Shown one piece after another: positions 1 through 6,902 of a stretch of DNA of 33,949 nucleotides. The stretch's first letter is position 1. Each line of letters starts with the position of its first letter. Source of the DNA: a virus (lineage: Duplodnaviria; Caudoviricetes); the IMG/VR virus record IMGVR_UViG_3300011443_000038, positions 1-33,949 of that record. The stretch is one strand, 5' to 3'. The notes below the pieces were generated by a model that saw only the letters and a list, made by a program, of their open reading frames with translations, was not told the DNA's origin and did not search any database. A program made the position numbers and the translations under genes.

Positions 1-31
1 GGCCGCCGCCTGGTCGAGTGGGCGGCCTCTG

Positions 32-208
32 ATGACCGCCGCTAGCGTCATCGACTGGGCCGCGCGTCCCGAGCCGTGGCGCTCGATCGGGCCGCGCTTC
101 CGCGAGGATTGCGAGGCGATCGCGCGCGGCGAGCCGCTGCCGCCTCTCAAGCGTCCCCGCAAGGGCGGCCCCAAGGTTAATTTCGTGCCGCCGCCGGAGG
201 GCGCCTGA
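32..208 (+). CDS. Small hypothetical phage protein (58 aa, MTAASVIDWAARPEPW...)
   Basis: ATG at 32 overlaps an upstream TGA (TGATG) and its TGA overlaps the ATG at 208; below the ORF-track size cut-off. Confidence 0.6.
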   Translation: MTAASVIDWAARPEPWRSIGPRFREDCEAIARGEPLPPLKRPRKGGPKVNFVPPPEGA

Positions 209-777
209 TGGCGCCCCGCTTCCGCCTGACCGCGCCGGAGCCGGCCGAGCGCGACATCCACGAGGCGGTGGCGAGGGCGCTCGATCTGCTCCTGCTGCCA
301 CCGGCTTTTTGGGCATGCTACCCGGCCGGCGCCTCGGTGCTGACGCCGCAGCAGCAGGCGCGGCACAGCCGGGCCGGGCTGAAGCGCGGCATGCCCGACA
401 TCTGGGTGCTGCACGGCCGCCTCTGGCTGATCGAACTGAAGCGGCGGGGCGGCCGGCTCTCCAAGACGCGCATCGTCCGCACCAAGCGCGGCGGCACGCG
501 GGTGCTCGCCGGCCAGGAGGACGTGTTCCCGCTGCTGGTCGCCACCGGCGCGGTCGGCGGCATCGCCGTCTGCACTAGCGTCATGGAGGTGCTGGAGCAG
601 CTGGTCCAGTGGGGCGTGCCGGTGCGGCCGTTCCACGGGCGCACGCTGCCGCCCGATTGGCAGCAGCAGGACTCGCGCGACAGCTACACCGAGGCCGTCC
701 GCGCCATCGGCGAGCGCGTGAAGGGCGGCCAGCCCGTGCCGCAGTGCCTGCTGCCGCTGCTCAAGGGGCGGCCATGA
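208..777 (+). CDS. VRR-NUC family nuclease (Holliday-junction resolvase-like)
   Basis: E..IH near the N-terminus, GLKRGMPDIWVL...LIELKRRGGRLS..Q: PD-(D/E)XK VRR-NUC signature. Confidence 0.8.
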   Translation: MAPRFRLTAPEPAERDIHEAVARALDLLLLPPAFWACYPAGASVLTPQQQARHSRAGLKRGMPDIWVLHGRLWLIELKRRGGRLSKTRIVRTKRGGTRVLAGQEDVFPLLVATGAVGGIAVCTSVMEVLEQLVQWGVPVRPFHGRTLPPDWQQQDSRDSYTEAVRAIGERVKGGQPVPQCLLPLLKGRP

Positions 778-983
778 CGGCCCGCGGCGAGATCGCCCGC
801 GGCGACCCGTTGCCGCCAGGCCCGTATGCCGTGGGGATGATGCACGGGCCGCAGGGCGCACTCGAGTGGCCCTTCACCGTCGTCTGCGGCGACGGGCGCG
901 CCATCGCCGGCCACGTCAATTCGCGCGCCTGCGCCGAGGCGATTGCTGACGCGCTGAATCAAACCACCGGAGGCAACCCGTGA
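774..983 (+). CDS. Hypothetical protein (69 aa)
   Basis: ATG at 774 overlaps the previous stop (ATGA); its stop overlaps the GTG at 980. Confidence 0.6.
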   Translation: MTARGEIARGDPLPPGPYAVGMMHGPQGALEWPFTVVCGDGRAIAGHVNSRACAEAIADALNQTTGGNP

Positions 984-1864
984 ACGATTTCCCGCTCGCA
1001 CCAATCCTCGCCCGCGGCGGACTGCCGGCCGATCCGCGGGAGGTTAAAGTCCGACTTGCGAAAATCGACGCGGTTATCGACTACGCCGCCAAGGTGAAAG
1101 ATTGGCCGCTTCTGGAAAAGGCGATTGATCTTAAGATCGAAGAGCAGCGCGAGTTTTGTCGCTGGTGGCATGAACACGTTCACCACAAGGGCGGCGAACG
1201 GTGGATAGATCGCGCAGAACGGCGCGATCTATCGCTGGCCGACGCCGAGGCCCGCAGCGGCATCATTCACCAACAAGTATCAAATTGGCGCAAATGGCTG
1301 GCCGACGAGGCTAAATACCGCGAGCAGCAGATCCTCGCCGCCTATCGCAAAGCCGGCCTTGAACCCGCAGAAAACCACCGGGCCGAGGGCACCGGCGACA
1401 ACGAGTGGTTTACGCCCGCGCAATACATCGCGGCGGCGCGCGAGGTGATGGGCGAGATCGATCTCGACCCGGCAACGCATCCGCTTGCGCAACAGACAGT
1501 ACAGGCAACCAGTTACTACAGCGCAGCCGATGACGGGCTGGCGCAAGAGTGGCACGGCCGGGTGTGGCTTAATCCGCCGTATGTGCAACCGCTCATAGCG
1601 CAGTTTGCCGCGAAGCTCGTTGCGGAGGTGTCGGCCCGTCGCGTCACGCAGGCAATCATGCTAACGCACAACTACACCGATACGGCTTGGTTTCATCAAG
1701 CCGAGATTGCTGCGGATCTTCTCTGCTTTACCCGCGGCCGTATCAAGTTTGTCGATAGCGATGGCGATGACTGCGCGCCGACACAGGGGCAGGCATTCTT
1801 TTACTACGGCCCGCACGGCGATCGCTTTCGCGAAATATTCAGCCGGTTTGGATTCATCCGATGA
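980..1864 (+). CDS. Phage DNA N6-adenine methyltransferase (phage Dam-like) with ~130-aa N-terminal extension
   Basis: NEWFTP, IDLDPA (SAM binding), DGLAQEW, VWLNPPY (catalytic), TDTAWF, GRIKF motifs; GGAGG RBS before GTG. Confidence 0.9.
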   Translation: MNDFPLAPILARGGLPADPREVKVRLAKIDAVIDYAAKVKDWPLLEKAIDLKIEEQREFCRWWHEHVHHKGGERWIDRAERRDLSLADAEARSGIIHQQVSNWRKWLADEAKYREQQILAAYRKAGLEPAENHRAEGTGDNEWFTPAQYIAAAREVMGEIDLDPATHPLAQQTVQATSYYSAADDGLAQEWHGRVWLNPPYVQPLIAQFAAKLVAEVSARRVTQAIMLTHNYTDTAWFHQAEIAADLLCFTRGRIKFVDSDGDDCAPTQGQAFFYYGPHGDRFREIFSRFGFIR

Positions 1865-2520
1865 GGCTCGAAGACACGCCTGAGTACAAACTCGGCCGCA
1901 ATGGCGAAATCCTGATGCACGCCTTCGCCATAGAGCACGGCTGCACCACATTCGATGTCAGCGGCACGGCGCACGGACGCGCGCCGCTGCTGCATTCCCG
2001 ATCGCGCAATCTCATAGCGCCCGACGCCCTGCACCTGCGCAACTTCCCGATTTGGGCTGAATACAAAACCAAAAGCCACGCATTCAATTGGAACGGTGGC
2101 GCGCGGAACCACGAGGGGCATCGCATGCCTCCCGGCCTGGCGCACGGCATCGAGGCCCGCGCTTTCCACGATTATAAAGTGGCGAACGCGCAAATCCCGG
2201 TCGTGTTGTGGTTTCTCACGATCAATACCGGAATGCTGCACGCGGCATCGCTCGACGAGTTAGGCGAGCCGTTCGAGTCTGTCGACTCGAGCTATCCGAT
2301 CGTGAATTGGCCGATATCGCGGATGCAGCGTGTCGCGTCGTTCGATCGGAGCCGGGTCTTCCGGTTCATCGCGGCGCCGCCGCGGCATAACCTGCCAACA
2401 GAGGGGCAACGCCAGGAACTGCTGCGCTGGCTGCGCCCCGTACAAGTCGAGATCGACGGGTTCGTCGAGCACTTCCTGACGGTTTGCGAGCGCCGCTGGG
2501 CTGCGCGGGGCGCAGCGTGA
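1861..2520 (+). CDS. Putative PD-(D/E)XK nuclease
   Basis: G..GE N-terminal helix followed by APDAL...WAEYKTK (PD-x-ExK); coupled to the methyltransferase by an ATGA overlap. Confidence 0.6.
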   Translation: MRLEDTPEYKLGRNGEILMHAFAIEHGCTTFDVSGTAHGRAPLLHSRSRNLIAPDALHLRNFPIWAEYKTKSHAFNWNGGARNHEGHRMPPGLAHGIEARAFHDYKVANAQIPVVLWFLTINTGMLHAASLDELGEPFESVDSSYPIVNWPISRMQRVASFDRSRVFRFIAAPPRHNLPTEGQRQELLRWLRPVQVEIDGFVEHFLTVCERRWAARGAA

Positions 2521-2756
2521 GCCTCATCCTCGATATCATCGCCGGTGATGTCGCGCTGGAACGCGAAGGCACCGAATTTCGCGGCCTGTGCCCGTTCCAC
2601 AGCGAAGCGCGGCCGACCTTCTACGTCATCCCCGACAAGGGCGTCTTCCACTGCTTCGGCTGCGGCGCACACGGCGATGCCATCGCCTTCGTCATGCGCC
2701 GCCGCGGCCTCGACTTTATCGATGCTGCGAAGCTGATCGGGGCGGCCTGGACATGA
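2517..2756 (+). CDS. Stand-alone CHC2 zinc finger (DnaG primase zinc-binding domain)
   Basis: GLCPFHSEARPTFYV...FHCFGCGAHGDAIAFVM; GTG start overlapping the previous TGA; no TOPRIM domain follows. Confidence 0.9.
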   Translation: MSLILDIIAGDVALEREGTEFRGLCPFHSEARPTFYVIPDKGVFHCFGCGAHGDAIAFVMRRRGLDFIDAAKLIGAAWT

Positions 2757-2971
2757 ACGACACCCGCATTGTCACCGGGTGGTCTGCCGCTCTGGAAGCT
2801 GCCGACGAGCACATCCGTCACTGGAAAGACACCAATGTGTCACCGCTTATGGCAGCTGCCGCCATCGATCTGGGAGAGTTCAACATCAGCGGCACCGACG
2901 AAGCGCACTGGGTCGTCATTCGGCGGCGGTTGGCGGCGTGGTACATGACCCATTCGGAAGCAGGGAAGTGA
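2753..2971 (+). CDS. Hypothetical protein (72 aa)
   Basis: ATGA overlap with the CHC2 gene; fills the gap to the initiator gene. Confidence 0.6.
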   Translation: MNDTRIVTGWSAALEAADEHIRHWKDTNVSPLMAAAAIDLGEFNISGTDEAHWVVIRRRLAAWYMTHSEAGK

Positions 2972-2973
2972 CA

Positions 2974-3846
2974 ATGACCGTTAAGGTTCGACGTGTCGAT
3001 TTTTGGCCTGACGAGTGGCTCGGCGGGACTGGCGGGTTAAGTGACGCCCAATGTGGCATCTACATCCGCGCCTGTGCGTTGATCTACAGCCATGGCGGGC
3101 CGATTACCCGCGCCGAACTGCGCGCCGCGTGCAAAACCAGGGCAACTTTCCGCCGCTCACTCGATGCGCTGGTCAGGCTTGGCAAGCTGGTTGCGGTTGA
3201 CGGCGAGCGGCTCGACCAAGTGCGGTGCGAGGCCGAACTGGACAGAGCCCGGAGACGCATCGAAGCTGCCCAAGGCGGAGCCCGCGCCCGCTGGGACGAC
3301 GATGCGGCCGCACCCGATAAACCGGCATTAAGCGTCAATCAAACGTCAATCAAACGTCAATCAAAACATCGTCAAAACGGCCCCGAAATGGGGAAAACCA
3401 ATGGCTTACCGGATGCGGTCGCATATGCCAACGGGCAACCAAGAACGAAGAACAAAGATTTAGAGTCTTCTAAAGGGGATTCGGCTCTTGGCTGCGCCTC
3501 GGGAGAGGATGCGACGGCATCGCCTAAATCGGTCGAGGCCGTCGTCGCCGAGACGCTCGATGTGCTCGCGCTAAACGAGCCAGGACTGCGCAACGGAAAG
3601 TACGACCCGGTGGCCTATGGCAAGGCCGTCACCCGCAACAAGCGCGACCAATGGCTGGACAACCTGGCAGTGTTTGTCGGCGAGCGGATGCCCGGAGGCA
3701 TCCCGGCGAAGATGCCGGCTTGGGAAGCCATCGAAGTGGTGCGCGCCTGCGCTGACCGGGCGACCACGCCACTTGCAGAGCGCCGCGCCGTGGACGCGCT
3801 GTCACGAATGCGCAACAGCCTGCAATATGCGGAGGCCGCGGAATGA
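2974..3846 (+). CDS. Phage replication initiator-like protein (DUF1376/YdaU-type N-terminus)
   Basis: FWPDEWLGGTGGLSDAQCGIYIRACALIYSHGGPI ... RCEAEL ... GGARARW pattern; internal tandem repeats; ATG at 2974 chosen over the track start. Confidence 0.75.
   Translation: MTVKVRRVDFWPDEWLGGTGGLSDAQCGIYIRACALIYSHGGPITRAELRAACKTRATFRRSLDALVRLGKLVAVDGERLDQVRCEAELDRARRRIEAAQGGARARWDDDAAAPDKPALSVNQTSIKRQSKHRQNGPEMGKTNGLPDAVAYANGQPRTKNKDLESSKGDSALGCASGEDATASPKSVEAVVAETLDVLALNEPGLRNGKYDPVAYGKAVTRNKRDQWLDNLAVFVGERMPGGIPAKMPAWEAIEVVRACADRATTPLAERRAVDALSRMRNSLQYAEAAE
3333..3365 (+). repeat. Three tandem 11-bp repeats CGTCAATCAAA (candidate origin iterons)
   Basis: Exact copies at 3333, 3344 and 3355, plus a partial CGTCAAAA downstream, in the linker of the initiator gene. 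Confidence 0.85.
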
Positions 3847-4322
3847 GTGTCACCACCGTCGAACCGTCACCACAGCGCCGCCAGCACAACCCTGTCCGCC
3901 GCGTCGTGGTGATCGACACCGTCGGCAATCGCGCAATCCCCTGGCAAGCCATCGGGCTCATCGACAGCCTCCACCGCAAAGGCGAAATCGATGACGCCAT
4001 GCTCCACGCCGCCGAGAAATTCCATCGCGCCTTCCAGGCCGCCATGCTCGATCCATTGCGCGCCGCCGACATGGAACGCGCCGGCGGCTGCGACGCATCC
4101 CCCTTCGCCTACGGCAGCGAGACCGCACGCCGCCAGGTCCGCGCCGTGATCGCAAGCCTCGGCGGACAAGCATCGCTGGCCGGGAGCATCGCCTGGGAGG
4201 TCGTCGGCGAAGACCGCTCAATCCGCCAGTGGAGCCAGCAACACGGCCGCGATCCGAAGGTCGCCAAGGGTATCTTGGTCGCTAGCCTCGAACGCCTCGC
4301 CACATTTTGGGGCTTGACGTGA
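3843..4322 (+). CDS. Putative late-gene regulator (DUF6456/antiterminator-like)
   Basis: L.RKGEIDDAMLHAAEKF N-terminus and C-terminal HTH-like WEVVGEDRSIRQWS...LVASLERLATFWG; last early gene before terS. Confidence 0.6.
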   Translation: MSVTTVEPSPQRRQHNPVRRVVVIDTVGNRAIPWQAIGLIDSLHRKGEIDDAMLHAAEKFHRAFQAAMLDPLRAADMERAGGCDASPFAYGSETARRQVRAVIASLGGQASLAGSIAWEVVGEDRSIRQWSQQHGRDPKVAKGILVASLERLATFWGLT

Positions 4323-4354
4323 GCGGGGCACATGATGTAGCCGGAAACGGTAGA

Positions 4355-4924
4355 ATGAGAAACGCGACACGAGATGCCGTAAAGACCAGTCGCCCCCGTG
4401 GACGACCCACGGTCTACACCTACGCAATCGCAGACGAAATAATCGAGCGCGTCGCAGATGGGGAAAGCCTCAGCTCCATATGCCGCGACGAACATATGCC
4501 CTCACGCCCGATCGTCTGCTTGTGGGCAACTGGTGGTGGTGAAGTCGGTAAGCTCGCGGAAAGTGGTGACAAAACCGCCGCGGCGTTTGTTGACAGGTAT
4601 GCGCGCGCCAGACTTTTGGGGCTCGATCGGATGGCCGAAGAGGTCATCGAAATCAGTGACGCTCCGATCCTGTTTGAGGGAGTGCCGGATAACGCACTGG
4701 TCCAACAGGCACGGTTGCGCAGCGACAATCGGAAGTGGATGCTGAGTAAGATGCTGCCCAAGCAATTCGGCGACAAGGTCGAGGCGTCGATCGTGGGCGA
4801 CCCCGACCAGCCGATTGTAACAAGGATCGAGTTGGTCGCGGTGCGCTCGCCCGCGCGAGAGACAATCGACGCTGATGTTAGCCCAGGGATAGCCGGGCGG
4901 CTAACAGACGAGAGCAAGCCCTAG
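4355..4924 (+). CDS. terS: Terminase small subunit (Sf6-like)
   Basis: GRPTVYT...IIERVADGESLSSICRDEHMPS ... YARAR ... ARLRSDNRKWMLSKMLPKQFGDK. Confidence 0.9.
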   Translation: MRNATRDAVKTSRPRGRPTVYTYAIADEIIERVADGESLSSICRDEHMPSRPIVCLWATGGGEVGKLAESGDKTAAAFVDRYARARLLGLDRMAEEVIEISDAPILFEGVPDNALVQQARLRSDNRKWMLSKMLPKQFGDKVEASIVGDPDQPIVTRIELVAVRSPARETIDADVSPGIAGRLTDESKP

Positions 4925-5212
4925 CATTTCTGCCGCCTTCCTGGTCTTGAGGGCCTGATACTAAATCAGGTGCTCTCTGGTTCGTACTGTCTTCGCCCTG
5001 CCCTCAGCCTCGGGCGAAGGGTAGCCAACCGAGGGGCCGCCGCCTATCCCCACTGCCCCCTGGCTGGCCCCCGCCGGGGGCACCCGTCAGGAAATTTGGT
5101 TCCATCGCGGTCGCTGACGGCCCCAGCCCGTCGGCACCATCCCGCCGCCCCCGTCGAATATTTTTTTTCGTCACCGGCCACATTCCTCTCAACCTACGCG
5201 GTCATTCGAGCG

Positions 5213-6286
5213 ATGGACCGGCGCGATTTGTTGATGATTGCGGCGACGCTGCCGGCGGTCTGGCCGTGCCGTGGGACTTACGCGCAGGAGGCGGCTGCCA
5301 TCAGCCACGGCAGTGATCTCACTGCCCCCATGACGGGCCACACGGCCCTGGGCGTAGCCCAGGATGAGCTGCAGGTGATGCGGGTGCCGGGCCGCGGCTA
5401 CTGGCGCGGCGACACGGCGGCGGAGTTCTCGCAACCGACGCCCTACGTCTACAACGACGACCCGGCCAACAAGGGCGGGGTGGTGCCGACCAGTGGCCTG
5501 CTCATTGACGGGCACCGCATTCCTGGCGGCACCCGGGTCATTCAGTTCCGCGATTTCAGCGCCGGTAATTTCTACCTGACGAGCGGCACGAGCTTCCTGT
5601 GGCGCGGTTGCCGGTTCCGGGGACGCAACTCGGCCCCGGGGTATTTCAACTGCCAGCGCGGCCAGACCGGTCGCCTGTATTTTTTCTACAACGACATGGG
5701 CGGGCTGGGGTCGGCGGCGAACCAGTTCAACGAGGTGCCGGTCGGGATTGCTCACGCCACCTCGGTGGTTGCCTACCGCAACCGGGTGAGTTTCACGACG
5801 ACGGCCTTTCAGGCCAACATCGAGGGCCCGGTACGGATCGTCGAAAACTACATCTCGGACCTGACCGCCTTCGGCACCGACTCTCACCTCAACGGGATCA
5901 CGCACAACGGGGGGGAGAACCATTCGTGGATATTGCGCAACCACATCGTGATCCGGACCCCGGACACCTCCGGAAGAGCCGTGGCGCAGACCGACTGCGT
6001 GTCGTTCTTCCAGGATTTCGGCGACTTCGCGGGTGCCGGAGTGAAGCGCATTGATAGCAACTACCTGGGCGGCACCGGGTATTGCATTTATGCCGGCATG
6101 AATGCCGGCAAGCCGGCCACCAGCGTCAGGAACATGGTGGTGGCCAACAATTTGGTGACGACGCGGGAGTATCCCCTTGGCGGGCGCTGGGGGCCGATCA
6201 CGGCAACGCCCCCTTGGGGCGTTAACGGCAATGTCCTGCGCAACAATCGTTGGGCGGACGGGCCGAATGAGGGCGGGCTGTGGTGA
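5213..6286 (+). CDS. Tat-exported right-handed beta-helix (pectin-lyase-like) protein, moron-like
   Basis: MDRRDLLMIAATLPAVW twin-arginine signal with TYA-Q cleavage site; Asn-ladder repeats (IVENYI, ILRNHI, IDSNYL, VANNLV); DSHLNGI motif. Confidence 0.7.
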   Translation: MDRRDLLMIAATLPAVWPCRGTYAQEAAAISHGSDLTAPMTGHTALGVAQDELQVMRVPGRGYWRGDTAAEFSQPTPYVYNDDPANKGGVVPTSGLLIDGHRIPGGTRVIQFRDFSAGNFYLTSGTSFLWRGCRFRGRNSAPGYFNCQRGQTGRLYFFYNDMGGLGSAANQFNEVPVGIAHATSVVAYRNRVSFTTTAFQANIEGPVRIVENYISDLTAFGTDSHLNGITHNGGENHSWILRNHIVIRTPDTSGRAVAQTDCVSFFQDFGDFAGAGVKRIDSNYLGGTGYCIYAGMNAGKPATSVRNMVVANNLVTTREYPLGGRWGPITATPPWGVNGNVLRNNRWADGPNEGGLW

Positions 6287-6338
6287 GGGATGCCAGGATG
6301 GCGGCGATGCGGGGCATACAGAGAGAGGTTGAGGCCGG

Positions 6339-6902
6339 ATGACCTGGACCAAGGGCTACCTGACGGGTGGTGAACACCCCGGGACGCCGGAGGAGTGGGA
6401 CGCGCTGTATCGCCTGGAGGGGGCGCGGCGGCGGTGGCGGCTGTATCGCGGGTATTATCAGCAGGCGAGCGCGCGGTATTTCGGCCCGTCCGCGCCGAAT
6501 ATTGTGACGGCCCGGCACGTTCTGCCCAACCCGGCATATGCCGTTTTGCGGGCACAAGAGGCCGAAACCAACCGGCGATGGGCCGAGCGGCAGGCTGAGT
6601 TGGCCGAGCACGAGAAGGAGCGCCTGGCGGCAAAGCGGGCGCGGGCCGCCAAGTGGGCGCCGTTCGGCGGGCGTGATCGTTGGATCGAGCAGCAGCGCGT
6701 CATGGGCCGCGATCCGGGCGCCATTGCCGGCGATGTTGAGTTGAGCCGCACGCGGGTTAATCAGATTTTGAGTAAGGCGCGCATCTGGCGCGGCCCCCGG
6801 GGCCGGGTGTTCGACCCCGACCCCTTGTACCCTCGCGATGCCTGGATCACCTGGGTGCCGGAAACCGACCCGAATGACATCCCAGACCATCAAGCTGCCT
6901 GA
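6339..6902 (+). CDS. Hypothetical protein with C-terminal HTH (sigma-70 region 4-like)
   Basis: GAIAGDVELSRTRVNQILSKAR; GAGG RBS upstream; overlaps the terL start. Confidence 0.55.
   Translation: MTWTKGYLTGGEHPGTPEEWDALYRLEGARRRWRLYRGYYQQASARYFGPSAPNIVTARHVLPNPAYAVLRAQEAETNRRWAERQAELAEHEKERLAAKRARAAKWAPFGGRDRWIEQQRVMGRDPGAIAGDVELSRTRVNQILSKARIWRGPRGRVFDPDPLYPRDAWITWVPETDPNDIPDHQAA

Noticed and set aside
4314-4356. TTGACG and TAGAAT as a sigma-70 late promoter before terS
   Set aside because: Spacing is about 31 nt and TAGAAT overlaps the start codon, so not a supportable -35/-10 pair
4970-5212. N-terminal extension of the beta-helix ORF given by the ORF track (similarly 2779, 4307, 6838, 14007, 21812, 27217, 28584 starts)
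   Set aside because: Downstream ATGs give coupled starts, RBSs or signal peptides; the extensions are non-protein-like
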